A DNA stretch of 59,041 nt, the filler included, from Sphacelaria rigidula (Eukaryota), in NCBI GenBank assembly GCA_964200075.2. It is 10 parts of 10 records of this genome, joined end to end, with 100 filler letters (N's around TTAATTAATTAA, not from the genome) between each part and the next. Parts side by side here need not be neighbours in the genome. Positions count along the whole stretch, not along the records: positions 35,489 to 41,302 come from CAXNAA020024254.1; positions 41,403 to 47,215 come from CAXNAA020024255.1; positions 47,316 to 53,128 come from CAXNAA020024256.1; 7 more parts are not named here. One strand, given 5' to 3'. The position numbers and the translations under genes were made by a program. Below the pieces are notes generated by a model. That model was given only the letters and a program-made list of their open reading frames with translations, did not search any database and had not been told where the DNA came from. The first letter of the stretch is position 1. Every line of letters starts with the position of its first letter. Below, piece by piece: positions 35,596 to 47,813 of this stretch.

Positions 35596-35786
35596 AGGCC
35601 CTGTCTTAGCACATGAGTTTTCGATCGAAAAAGTGCGGTGGAAAACAAAAATCATATTCTGATAGGCCATGATTTCAACCATCTTTGAAATTGACGACGA
35701 TGGTTGAAATAACGACCTATCAGATCGGGATTTTTGCTTTCCACCGCACTTCTTCGATCGAAAACTCATGTGCCAAGACACGGCCT
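35596..35786. mobile_element. Foldback/MITE-like inverted repeat
   Basis: GCACATGAGTTTTCGATCGAAAAAGTGCGGTGGAAA / TTTCCACCGCACTTCTTCGATCGAAAACTCATGTGC. Confidence 0.75.
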
Positions 35787-36338
35787 GAGATGAGGAGTGG
35801 ATCGCACATGCTACTGAAAATATATATTTTACAGCTGTTCCAACAGCAATCATCCCTCACACCCAACCACAGAATTATTCGCATGGCACAACCGAAAGTC
35901 TGTACGTGACGCATAATGGAAAGCCAACGCGATCGACACCATATCGTCACGCCCCTTCTACTCTCACTCAACACCGTGTGGTTTCGTGCGCCTGTTCGCG
36001 ACGCGCCAACTACAGCGTAACCCAGCTCCCACGCAAAAAAATGCCGCCGGCAACGTCACTTGCTCCTCATTCAAGACATCCGCGCTCCATCGTCTAAAAT
36101 AGTAGCGATGAACGCTCGCTGGTGTACAGCACTACACGACTACCCGCAGGTGCGATGCGATGATGTCATGCTGTGGTGCGCAAAGATGTAACGAAGCCTC
36201 ATAGCTAAAAAATGACGCGACGTCGTGTGCATGGCTGACGTGCGCAGTCGATCAACCGTCTTCCAGCCAACGAAATTCCTAAACCGAGACTGTTCGGCCA
36301 AGGTATCGAAAATGCGGGCGTTTCCTCCATTCTCGGCT

Positions 36339-36917
36339 CTACCGTCCTCCCCTAACCCCAGCGTTTGAAAACAACGAAACCCCCTTACTCTTCTTGCCCT
36401 TACGCTTCTTGCCATCACTAGCGCTAACCCTGTTGCCTGGCGTTTCTCCGTTATCACCGGAAGCACCACTACCAGCCTCTGTCTTCGGGGTACCCCACAC
36501 GCTGCCCCCCCCCGCCCCTCCCCCCGATGTACTACTCGCAGCCACACTATTTGCAACTCCCCATGCCCCCCCTGCAGTGGCGGTGCTCGTCGTGACTGCT
36601 GCTGCTGTGGTGGGTGCGGGCCCTTTCTTACCCTCGAGGGTCGGGAAGTGCCCATTCATAGCGGTTACTCGGGCAAATGACCATCCTCCTTCTCCCAAGG
36701 TGGCATCAGGGCTCGATGCCCCACTAGCAGCGGAAGCACCAACGATCATACTATCATCGTCTTCGCGTCCAGCCGTGCAAGGTTCATCATTTCGTCGAAC
36801 GTCGACGTCTGCCCCTGCAGCTGGTACCGACTGTGGCAACCCCGAATCCCGCGTGCGGTCGGAAGTAGGAAGTGGAGATGAGGGTGGGCTAGGTTCTTCG
36901 GCGCCTGGTTTTGGCCC
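36339..36917 (-). CDS. Terminal exon, probably the C-terminus of an RNF10/Mag2-like RING E3 ligase
   Basis: Pyrimidine-rich acceptor cttcctctcccag|, phase 0, 192 aa to TAG; motifs WSFARVTA..GHFPTL and KKRKGKKSKGVSLFSNAGVRGGR* resemble RNF10-family tails. The family call is from memory and no RING domain is present in the window. Confidence 0.55.
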   Translation of the reverse strand, partial: GPKPGAEEPSPPSSPLPTSDRTRDSGLPQSVPAAGADVDVRRNDEPCTAGREDDDSMIVGASAASGASSPDATLGEGGWSFARVTAMNGHFPTLEGKKGPAPTTAAAVTTSTATAGGAWGVANSVAASSTSGGGAGGGSVWGTPKTEAGSGASGDNGETPGNRVSASDGKKRKGKKSKGVSLFSNAGVRGGR

Positions 36918-37169
36918 CTGGGAGAGGAAGAAAATGAATCGCAGGCAATGAGTAGACCGCTGAGAGGGGCGTACACTGGGAGATATGTCATGTGGCAGTA
37001 TGCTGTTGATTGATCGAGAGGTTGATTGTCGCAGAATAACATCAAGTACTCCGCTACGAGTCCAGCCTTGGTTACAAGGTAGGCGAACAATGACCGTGGA
37101 ACCGAAGCTGAACGAATGGAAGCGGTTGTTGAAGGCAACTCGGGGGGGAGGGGGGTGTACTCACTTGTT

Positions 37170-37971
37170 GCTCGCCTTAGTTGTTTGGCCATTGACCGCG
37201 CATACCTTTCGAGACGCATTCTTCCTACGCCTTCTAGAGACACTTCAGGATTTTAGGCGCTATGCAAAAACTTTGACACATCTCATCTCCTTCCTTGTTC
37301 ACCGTCTGTGGCTGCCACCATCTAGTATAGCGATCGTTTCTCGCTACTGTCTATAATATTGTGCAAAACAATTCCGTGCCACCTTCGTTTACTTCCCACA
37401 GTCACCCCTCCAGCACGTTCCGTTCTTCCTTTTATAGTTCACGTTCCCCCACTGTATGAGTTCTACTTTATTGCTTCACCACAGGGGCATTTCTGCGCAT
37501 CTACTGCCTGTTCCACCCGACTATTGGTATACCTCTTGTTTCTGGCAAGTCCAGGTCCCCGACTCGAAATCGCACCTTCAATTTTTCGCGTAGTCCATCG
37601 GGCAGTACAGATATATGTTCATGCCTATCCTCTTTCTCAATCCCTTCTATATCTTCAGGTGCTCTTCCTCATCTACTTTTCATCGTAACGCTTGTTTATA
37701 TCCATCATGCCTCTCACGTTAGTCGTTTACACCCCACATTCACCTATGGACATTATTTCGTCCTGGTTTTCTCATACATCCTCCCATACTTTTTCGACTA
37801 CACATTTCCACCTTTTTCCCGCCTGCCCTCTTATACTTCTTGGCATGTTCCTTTCGCTATATTGACGTTCAACGTTCTGATGTTTCAAGTGGGTACATTC
37901 CTATTTCTGCGCTCAACAGTGTATGACTGGTCATTTTTGAGCATCCATGGAGTTGCCGTCATCTGTACTGT
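37170..37971 (-). mobile_element. LINE ORF2 3' portion (post-RT region and Zn-knuckle-like tail), decayed
   Basis: TVQMTA...GCSKMTSHTLLSAEIGMYPLET; PMDYAKKLKVRFRVGDLDLPE; CPCG...RTH.VGE. Confidence 0.8.
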
Positions 37972-39897
37972 TATGGGTAGTAAAGGGGGCCCTAACGACC
38001 AAAAATCGGCACAAGATTCAAAATAAGAAATAACGCGGAGGAATAACGAATACGTCAGTAGGTGGTCGGACCTGTGCCGTGGCCCTCACGAACAGAACAC
38101 ACACTTCATCGCTTATTCACTTCGTATCGTATAGGAAAGCTGTAGCACTGGAGCTCGCGCGGTTCTCGACACAGAAAACAAGCCGGTCTACGGCACTTGA
38201 CAGCCCCCCGCATACACACAAGATCTAGGGGCTCACAATTGATATTTTGCTGGCGTCGCGTCAGCGGCACGATAATTCCCTCCCAGAGCAGAAAACACCT
38301 TGTTTTAGTATATTTAGGTCATTTGCGAGTCAGCATCACGCGCAACGCAACAACTGAACGTTGCGACATAGCCTGGGTGTGTGGGAAGCGCACGCAAGAA
38401 ACCGCACTCCAATCCCTCGCTTCGTTGCCGAGTCGTCAGCGGTGCGCGATCGGCACTTTTGGGTTGAGGGTCAGTCGCGTCTTTCGAGGTCGGAGATGGC
38501 AACTTCAAAAAAATCGGTGCGCATATTACTTTTCCTCCTGCAAGCAAGTTGTGACAACATGCACTTGGGTTGCGTGCCCCCAGGCGCTGCTTTGTTCTGA
38601 GCGGCTGTGCACAAAGGGAAAATTCGCCTTTCAACGGCGAGTATCCTTTGAAGCGTCCAATCACAGAGGGAGAGTTGAGAGAAGAAGGATAAAGCTGGCG
38701 GCTGCTTCATGTCAGGGCTCCAGTGCAGAAGCCAAGGCGTTGAGAGTGATTTCAGTACGAGTATGTGCCGTTACATCTGCTGGTGAACACGGTCATGTAC
38801 TTAGTAACTGTATAATAATAATAAGGATATAATATTATATTAATAGGATCAGAATGAGATGCAAACTACGGAATGTTTGAGAAGCTTCGTTTTTCATTTT
38901 GTGGCATGCCACCAGGTGCTGCTGCTTTGTTCCTTCCGGCTGTGCACAAAGGGCAACTTCGCCTTTCAACAGCGAGTTCCCTTCATGTATTGAGTTGCGG
39001 AGAGTGAGGTCACACATGAACTTCGGCTGTTGTACCTGAGGGTTCCAGCGGAGAAGCCAAGGCGCAAAGAGTGATTTAATTTCAGACTGCGCACCATGTA
39101 TGCCTAGGTCGGTAGGGCCACGATGTTTCAAGTGACTGCCTGTACACATATTCGTACATACTGAAAATAGCGAGAAAATTACGTTGAAGATGTTGATCTG
39201 GACAGAGAGAACCAGATCGTGCCCAAGCGACTGACAAGGTGGGATTCCTTCCACTCGTGCTATGACCCTGACCCCATGGGGCCCATGAGAAATTTACTCT
39301 CCAATCCCGCAGTCATAGCTGTGTGTAGGACATGCAGCGCGTAGCCAATCCGCACAGCATGAACTTCTTGATCGCCAACATCATCAGCATCGTTCTCAGT
39401 AGCTTCCTGATACGCGACGCTGCTGCTCATGTTCTTCAAACTTCCGTACTTTCTCGTTCTAGCACCATGTCAGGCACGCGTTTCACTGCAGTTACGTTGG
39501 TGTGTAGCGGCAATAACAGCTGCTGTTCGTGCTCTTTTTTTGTTATCTCGCAATGACGGTAAGCGTGGGGTGGCAGCTCGCGGGCGTGTGCTTCCCGACT
39601 GGTACAGACAGATGAAGGACACTATTAGCTAGTGCAACAACATTGTCCATCTACTGATGTGGAGCGAGCTTTCCGGAGGAACAAAATCAACTCAACACAG
39701 ACCACTCCCAGGCTTGATTAAATGTGCTAGAAATATAGTTCATTTCATTTTTTTTAGGCAAATCGTCATGTGTAGGTGACGCGTGTATTTTCCATTCATA
39801 TGATTCGTTGGATTATGGACCACTTCTGCACATGTAGCGTTGAGCTTGCACTTTCCATAAATAGAGTACCCAAAATCGGGCTCCATTCCCACCCATG
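37972..39897. mobile_element. ~1.9-kb DNA-transposon-like insertion splitting the LINE
   Basis: Ends TATGGGTAGTAAAGGGGCCC / GGGCTCCATTCCCACCCATG; ACTGT duplicated on both sides; the LINE frame KLET|VQMTA rejoins across it. Confidence 0.75.
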
Positions 39898-40380
39898 ACT
39901 GTTTGTTTCCAGCTTCTTCAACTTCGTCTCACCTTCCCAGAAGTCTCCACCATATTTTGCTTCGGTACAAAAACGTCATCAGAATACATATTTGTATTGT
40001 AGCTTTGAGGTGCGAGTCTCCGGGTATCACGTCCACGTTGCCTATCGGTGCCGGTCCCTTCCTACTACTTTACTGATATGTGCATCCCAAGAACAGCTTT
40101 TTGACATCTTTACACCAAGCGATGAGTATTGGTCTCTGATCAGCAGTTCCTCTCCTCACCACTCCCATTTGAACTTCACTGGGTTCTCCTCATCTTCGTT
40201 TCATACAGCTACGGTGCATTATCTCTACGTTCGCTGCCGCTCTGGACACCCTGGTGTATTCTCCTGGTGTATTCTGTAATGGTTTCTGTGATTCTGGTCT
40301 TTCTGATCTCCCCTTGAAATCATCCGCGAACATCAATCAAGATACGGTATATCCAGCCCTGACTCCTTGTGTTGCTACTC
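39898..40380 (-). mobile_element. LINE reverse transcriptase core fragment, decayed
   Basis: MFADDF catalytic motif (~40316-40333); DQYSSLGV....SWDAHISKV; YGGDFWEG..KLKKLET. Confidence 0.85.
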
Positions 40381-40469
40381 CTACTGCCACCATGTCAGGA
40401 GAAAAATGCCTCGGATAAATGGCATGGTAGCAAAGTGAATGACAACGTGTACTCGTGCAACTCCTTGTA

Positions 40470-40560
40470 GTTTATAGAATATTTGGGCCTCACGAGCATG
40501 AAGCATACATTGTAACGAGGCGTCCACGATATTTACGCCGATTCTAGTGTGCAGGTTACC
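40470..40560 (+). repeat. Short dispersed repeat shared with ~3170-3255
   Basis: CTCACGAGC...AAGCATAC....TAACGAGGCGTCCACGA...AGTGTGCA.GTT in both places. Confidence 0.7.
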
Positions 40561-41302
40561 GTATAGAGGTAAACGATGCATACGATTGGGTCACTGCGGC
40601 GAAGGACCTGGGCAAATGGTATAGTGGAGTCGAAAAGGGAGCGGAAGAGTTTGAGGACACGTGGCGACGCGCGGACACGCGGAGAATCAGACGGCCGTCA
40701 CAAGCGAGAGGCTGCTCCGTCGAGGGCTGTCAATCGGAAAATCCTGTCCGCTCATATCGGTTGTTGATTATGTCCTTAGTCGGTGGCTCTGCGGTACCCA
40801 CTGGTGTGTGTCTGTATCTACTCTGCTGCACTGAATCCCTTGGGCCTTTTCCTTATTCCTTTTTCCCATCGTTTCATTGTATTTTATTTTATTTGCTTTG
40901 TACTTTCCTCTTCTTTTCCTTTTTTCTTAGGACGGTGAACTGGCTGCTTCGACCAGTTAAGTTTAAACTGGCCGTTGGCGCGGCCAGTACACCGATTATT
41001 TTCCAGTTAATCGGCGATAACTGGAAAAACAATCGGCGGCCCCCCGACTGGTGAGGGGGCCCCGCGAGAGCACCGCCGGAGGCGAGGAAAAATGCGTTAT
41101 TTGCTTGTTTCTCTTTCAAAAATGTGCAAAGTTGTAGAACATGTGATCCCCCACGTTGAGGAGCTATAAGTATTGGACGACACAGGAGTGCCCGACGAAA
41201 AAAACTCCGAGATCCTACGTACCCTCCCCCCTCCCTTGCTCCGTCTCGAAAGGGATGCGTGGTCAATGGTCAAATGACTAAGGCAAGCAACAAATGAGTA
41301 CG

Positions 41303-41402
41303 NNNNNNNNNNNNNNNNNNNNNNNNNNNNNNNNNNNNNNNNNNNNTTAATTAATTAANNNNNNNNNNNNNNNNNNNNNNNNNNNNNNNNNNNNNNNNNN
41401 NN
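41303..41402. other. Artificial contig spacer
   Basis: 44 N + TTAATTAATTAA + 44 N. Confidence 0.99.
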
Positions 41403-41560
41403 GTAAGCTCACAGAGTCCGTAAAATGCGCTGAAAAAGTGTCTACGCGATCGAGGGGCATTAGGTCGACAAAAAAGTCATTGGGCACCATCGCTGAAAAG
41501 TGTGGAGAAAGTACTGTTTTGGGCTCGAACCTCATTTCATTGATGAACCTCATTTCATAG
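41403..41560. mobile_element. MITE family C-related fragment
   Basis: Reverse complement of the interior and left end of 30940-31193. Confidence 0.75.
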
Positions 41561-41569
41561 AATCCTCTG

Positions 41570-42990
41570 TTCGTTGATAGTTCACGGTTATGCGTATGTT
41601 TCCATCCTTTTTGGGGACTACCACAAGGGGCGAGGCCCATGGAGAGGAGGAACGTTGTATTAGTCCCGCTCCCAAATACACATCCAAGGTGGCGTTTACT
41701 TTCTTGGTAAGGATTGGGTTGGTACGATGTGGCCGAGAAGAAATCGGCGAGACACCGGGTTGGAGGGTAACCTCAAAGGGCAGTGTTTTGCAATGCCCAA
41801 GATCCGTCTTGGATCAGGAAAATCGGTCTTGGTACTGTAGCAGGTCATCACTGAGTTCTTGGATGACTGCCGGTTCCCAGCCGGGCCCATGGAGGTCAAA
41901 GTTGATGTCGCGCATGTGTGGCGGGAGTTGGTTCCACATGTGCGAGAAACTATCCCGCGAATCTGGTGATAAGCGTTGAAGCACTTCAGCAGGAGGATCG
42001 GAATTTGACTGGGCAGGATCCACGATGTGAACCTGGGGTGGGGTTGCAGAGGCGAGGTCGAAATGGGGTTCATCGACACAATGGACTGACTCCGCCGGAG
42101 ATGTGGTGTTCGGCGCGGCAGGCTCTGTGACGCACGTCTCGAGTGGGATGTGCATCAGGGGAGCAGCGGCGATCCTTGAAACATCGCCGGGTTCCAAGCT
42201 AGCATGGCCCGTAAGAGGGAGGAGTTGTTGTCCAGCCTACACAAAATGTTCTGTGTTGGCTGGTGCGCCAATATGGGGTACCATTTCATCAGGATAATGG
42301 CCCGTAAGTGCTGGCATGCCATTGCGGTGAACTAGTGCAGCTTCAAGAAGTTGGGAGTCGTCGGAGAGTGTAACACCCACGCTACCGTTATATCGTAGGT
42401 GGTAAGCAGCTCCGGTTGCTTGAGGATTCTTCAAATGAGTCAGGGCGCCGTGGAGAGTACCGAAGTACTCGAGTTTAATTCTCCACGCGGCGGGGAGTGT
42501 GGCGTTAGCGGTGGAAGCGTGCGGTAGGTGCGAGTATTAAACCGCATATAGCTCTCTCTGCCCAATAATATGGCGGGATGCATTGTGCTGTCGGGGATAA
42601 TGTATGCCCAGACTGCCAGGCTGGCAGATTGTGTGGTGTTGTGAAAGAATTGCACACTGAGTCGTACGGATTTACGTGTCGTCAGCGGTGCGGCAGAATC
42701 ACCGAAACCGTGAGCTTTGGTGGTGGTTTCGCAAGCTGCAGTTGCAGCGCCAGTCTGTTTCATGTGTTCCCGTGTTGATTCTCGAATAAATGTTTGCGGG
42801 CTGCCGCTGTCCAACAAGGATACGCATATCATAGGCGTGATAGCGTTTGGACCGGCATGGATCGCAACGCGAGAAGTGAAAGTGGCCGGAGATACAGACA
42901 CTTCACCACCGACAAGATCCAGATCGTATTCCGGCAAGGTAAACTGGTCAGGATCAGCGTGGCTGACAGTAAAAACGCACGGCGGGTGAT
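41570..42990 (-). pseudogene. Ty3/gypsy pol, N-terminal part (aspartic protease and start of RT), decayed and truncated
   Basis: LLDSGSPQTFI...ILLGRE protease; DLGHCKTLPFEVTL..G..PI..RP.R.NP...GLIQRSSSPWASPLVVVPKKDG.IRITVNY RT start; stops and frameshifts. Confidence 0.9.
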
Positions 42991-43754
42991 CCGCCGGTGG
43001 GTCAGATGTCTCACCAAAGAAAGGGGTGGACGGTATATTATTTTCAGGTTTTGCACGGTCATTGGCGATTTCGTAAATGATCGTCTTCGGTTGACAGGGA
43101 TAACCGTCGAAGGGGAATCCAGAATTTGCGGGGCTGGAGCCCTCGATTGAAGAAGTAGGGCTGTTAGAACCATGTGATTTTGTTTCTTCCGGGATACTTG
43201 ATAAAATAGTCGCATTTTGGAAAGATTGAGGTCGAGGATTTTCGCTTGAAAGAGGTGTACGTAATGATGCGCGCGCTCGTCCTTGGGGGCATGCTTACGT
43301 GACAAAGGTCGGGGAACTTCCAAAACATTTGGGGATGAAACCACAACTGCGTCCAGTTGCGTGGATGGGGTCAGCATCGGGGCATGACAAAGCGAAACTT
43401 GTGGGCTGCTTTCCGTGGGCAAGTTTGGCTGTTGGGGCATAGCCGAAGATATGTTGGGGCAGTTGTTAGTAAAACCGGCCAAAGGTAGGTCCGTGCGTTT
43501 GAAAAAGCGCGGGGAAGGAGCCCGATCCAACTTATTGGGAATTACATGATCCGATGTGATCATGTTCAAATCAGCAACACTTGGGTCAGCTGAAAAAGGC
43601 TTGCTGCTACCTGTGCGTGCGGTCGCTCAGGGAACCCTTTGCCTCAGGGACTGGCGGTTGGTCTTCCCAACCCTCATACTTATACTCGGCACTGAAAGAC
43701 CAAGTTCAATGTCGGGTGCAGGTCTGAGTCGCGGGGTGACACAACTGCTACGCT

Positions 43755-43988
43755 GTGTGTGGAGGGGTGAAAACGGGGGTCGATATGAACGGCCGTCAGT
43801 TGCACTCCTGCATAGTGCCGGGAGAGCGGGGCAGACAATCTTACTCGCGGGCTCTGCGGGCTGTGTTGAAAATTGTGTGGAGGTTCGAGACGGGGATCGA
43901 TATGAACGGCCGTCACTTACACTCCTGGATAGTGCCGGGGGAGTCGAGTGAGCAATTTCAGACACGGACTCCGCGGGCTGTGTTGAGA
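43755..43988. repeat. Two 117-bp tandem units between gag and protease
   Basis: CGATATGAACGGCCGTCA at 43781 and 43898. Confidence 0.85.
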
Positions 43989-44046
43989 AAGTCTTCGCTC
44001 GTGCTATCGACAGCGTGGAAGACCGAAGAACGCCGGCGTCGGCACC

Positions 44047-47000
44047 TCATGAATCTAAGCGATCCGTAGTGAAGGTACCAAGGTTTCTGGTATTGGGATT
44101 ACAACTTTGTGTCGGCCCCGTCCGCTGGTGTCTATCAGCGGAACGTTTGTTGTCGCGAGAATTTTGATCGTTCTGGCGAGGGCTTCCGTGATTGTTGTTG
44201 TGTCGGCTACCGCGAGTAGAGCTTTTGTTGCCACGTTGGTTCGAATTGTTGCGGTAATTTCGAGTTGGTGGACGATAGTCACGCATGCGTTTTTGCCATC
44301 GGTGCCACGCGGGTTCGTTGTCCTGTAATTCAGGGTTCATGAGATCAAAGGCATTGATGCATGGACTGCCACAGTCGCGCATGCTGTGGCCTTGAACACT
44401 ACAGTTGATGCAACTATTGGAATGACTGCTAAAGGCATTGCGTCTAGCGGAAGACGAAAGAAGTGGGTTCCACAAATGGGGGTCATCGGTTATGAATACC
44501 GTTGTTGAAGTCAAATAAACATCATCCCAAGTTTCCTCGGAAAACGGCCAACCATCAAAACTCGCGCTGAATGCATCTTTGGTACCCTGAACATGCACAA
44601 CTGAACCGGCGACTGAGTCGGGGGTCCATGAAGCGCGAAACGAGCTTGAATTCCTGCCACGAGCCCCTTGGGCATGAGCGGAGGACACAACCGTAGGTTG
44701 TAAACGCACAGACGTAGAAGGTTTGCCACGTATGGCAGGCGTTAGATTACCCTCTTGGTGTACAAAAGTAGACCACATAGTATCAACGGAGGAGTAAGGC
44801 ACCTCGCGATGCGCCAAGACACCCGGAAACAACGACAGCATCAGAGCCGGATACTGTTGAGCAACGCTATTGCGAAAATAAGTCTGACATATTGCGTCGC
44901 TCGGTCCGTTCTGGCGTCCGACACCCGTCGTACCCGAAACCGAAAGCTTGAATTCGCGGAGATAATCCGCGAAGGGGACATCAGAGGCGACAACAAAAGA
45001 ACTCAGCCGCTGCATGGCATTGGCCTGGTCACGTTTATCGAAGTAACCGATCAGACGCCTCTCCAAATCAGAGAGTAATACCGGGCCTGTCTTCCCCTTG
45101 GCACAGTCCGGGTCCATCTCGGCGAGGAAGCCGTCGCGAATCTACGTCAAAGAAGCAGCGAGGTCGGGAGAGCGGCGGCTGATCGATCGATGCATTGTTC
45201 TGTGCAAGGGAGTCTGCCAGTCCTCTACCCAGTCGGGATCTTCGAAACGTTGTGTGCCAGTCACATCCGCCAAGTGAAAAATGTTAAAAACAGTGCGGCG
45301 GATGGACATGATGAGGGCATAAGTAAACTGGCCCGAATCTTCGTTATCCGCGGCAGGCATGGTTTTGATTTGCCAGAGTTTTTTCACATCCATCTGAATG
45401 TACTGTCTCTGTATTGCAGCTACTCGGGTAGACTCAGCTCTATCGGAAGCTGCTTTTTTGGTAGCTTCGGAACGTTTTTTGTCAACCACAGCGGTTGCTA
45501 AGGCGCGGGCTGCAGTAGAAGACGAAGGACGGTCAGATGTATCCGTATCGAACAAACCTAAAATGCGGGCCGAAACATCAACCGACTTAGGAATCACTTG
45601 CCTGGGGGTCGCCGAGCCCGAGGCGGGAAGATCTGTGTCAGAATATTTCCAGCCAGTCGCCGATGAACCGGAAGAATTACCCCCGTGGTTCTTGCGGTGC
45701 GGTTTGCGAGGCAGGCGGTTCGGTTCGGAACCGCCCGAAGAGGATCCCCCACCGTCATGGCGGCGACGTGAATTTCCTCCACCGTTATCATCGTCGTTGC
45801 GCCGGTGATTCTTCTTCTGGCTCCGGCAATTGGATGTTGCGGGAGTCCATCCATCTTCATCTTCGTCTCCGTCGATGGTGGCGCCGGGATGAGCGTTGTA
45901 GGCGGCGAGAAGCGCCGCAAAACGTTGGAGGACCGCGTCAACGTAATTTTGGTGGTGACCGTGATTGCCAACGGTTGTGTGCAGAACCAGTTGACCCAAG
46001 GTGGGCACCGAGACGCCGTTCTGTTCGACGTGAACCCCAACAGTGTGCAACATACGTTGGGAGATCAAGGCCCATGCGTTTTGGGAATAGTGGAGGTGGT
46101 TTCGGCGGTCGAAAGGACCGGTATAAGTGGTCACAGGACAAGGAAGCCATTCTCGTTCGTGGGACACGAGTCGAAAGTTTTGCGCCGAAACGGTGCTCAG
46201 CACGGAGCTAACTTCTTGCGGTGGCTGTGTCGGAGGCATCGTGGCGGCGGCAGCGGCCGCAGCCGACGATAGCCGGTCGGACTTATGGGGAATAACGTAA
46301 GTCGATCTGTTTGGCGCTGGCAGGTGGGTCCTGAGCAAGTTGCTGGCGAAAGGCGGAGAGGCTTGATGGTCGGATAGGCGCGCCTCTGACGTGTCCGCTG
46401 CTTGAGCTGTCCGCCGAACATGATCTTCTAGCTCGCGGACCTGTCTTTGGGCTGCCATGGCCGCAGTACGGTCCTCCTGTAGCGCTCGTTGTGCCGCGGT
46501 GCTCGTGGATTGAGCGTGGGAGGCCTGCCGCTGGAGATCCTTCAGCACTTCTGCGTGCTCCTCCAGAAGGAGGCGAGCAGCGGCGGCGTCAGCGTCACGT
46601 TGCTGACTGAGTATGTTTTGCGCCAATGCAGGCGCCTGGGATGCATAGTCGGCAATGAGCTGTTGCTGTTCCACGCGGGTTCGGTTAATGAACAGACGTA
46701 AGAGCAGGCCGGTGGGGCAGTGCTCGTCGCCGAGCCGAGGGCGAACCTCCACGGATGGGGGCGGGCGTACAGGGGCAGTGGTGGAACCGCTATCGGCGCC
46801 CGTGGCAATGGCAGACGGAGCGGCGGCGTTTGTATGAGCCGTCGCAGGGGCGGCTGAAAGCGCAGCGGCACAGCAGCAGCAGTAGTAGCGGCGGGAGCGC
46901 GAGTGGGCTTGCTGACTGTAGCGGCGGCGGCAGAGGATGATGAAGGGACCATGGTGGACAGTTGCCGCTCGAGTTCTGTCAAGCGTTGTTGAAGAGAACG

Positions 47001-47117
47001 AATAAGTGCAGCATCGGAACGGGACGATGGTTCGCGGTCAGTGCGTGGTCGTCGGTTTTGCGATGAGGTGCGGCCGGATCCTTCAATTGAGAATTCCGGA
47101 GCCGGTGACATGTCCAA
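44047..47117 (-). pseudogene. Ty3/gypsy Gag-like polyprotein (~1000 aa when reconstructed)
   Basis: ORFs 45142-46752 and 44047-45117 are in the same frame, separated by one TAG plus 8 codons; CA-like helices and CCHC knuckle CINCSVQGHSMRDC; upstream ORF 46542-47117 would join by a frameshift. Confidence 0.8.
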
Positions 47118-47215
47118 AAATATGTTTCGGATATCATCGGCATGTATGCACAGAGTTACAGTAGTCAGCGTCAGAAGTATGCAGAATCCGTAATTTCTTA
47201 GTTTCTCAAAGATTG

Positions 47216-47315
47216 NNNNNNNNNNNNNNNNNNNNNNNNNNNNNNNNNNNNNNNNNNNNTTAATTAATTAANNNNNNNNNNNNNNNNNNNNNNNNNNNNN
47301 NNNNNNNNNNNNNNN
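47216..47315. other. Artificial contig spacer
   Basis: 44 N + TTAATTAATTAA + 44 N. Confidence 0.99.
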
Positions 47316-47502
47316 TAAAACACGCCACTCACTACGTAAGCTGGGCAACCCGGTTACTGATTGTTTTTGCGCGCTTGGTTTTTTTTTGCGGTAACCATGA
47401 TGGTCGTCGAGCTAGATCATGTTGTGCGGTGTGGGAGGGCCTCAACTCCGCACAAGGGGGATGGTCGTACTACGTAGTGTTCAAATGGTAAGACGCCCAT
47501 GA

Positions 47503-47813
47503 TGTTGGAAAATGAGACTGTGGGGCTTACTTTCGTATGGTGTGTACTTGTATGGGGGTATTGTGTGGATCGCCAGTACTGGTCACGATCGTTTGGTCTG
47601 ATATGGAGCGTAGCAGTAGTCGAGTTGCTCCTAGTCTCCTCGGTTGACCGTTCCGCACGGTGGGTTGTTTGGGCTGTCATGCCCGCAAGCGGCACCTTGA
47701 ACACTATCTTCTGTCTACATTCCAAAGCAGCTTGTCTGTTTGCTTGGCTCAAGCGCGATTGCGCCAATTCTAGCGATCACGTCAAAGGGGTTATAGCGGC
47801 ACCTCTTCTAACA
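47503..47813 (+). repeat. 5' LTR of the copia element
   Basis: TGTTGGAAAA...CTTCTAACA; homologous to the 3' LTR; followed by PBS-like GGTTTATTGAGCC. Confidence 0.95.

Noticed and set aside
36394..36951. Plus-strand 185-aa ORF
   Set aside because: Antisense to the minus-strand terminal exon, which has the splice acceptor and recognisable motifs.
28533..47117. Gypsy fragments in contigs 5 and 8 as two halves of one insertion joined through MITE C
   Set aside because: Both contigs show the same (left) end of the MITE, most of RT/RH/IN is missing, and the contigs are unlinked. Membership of the same family remains possible but is untested.
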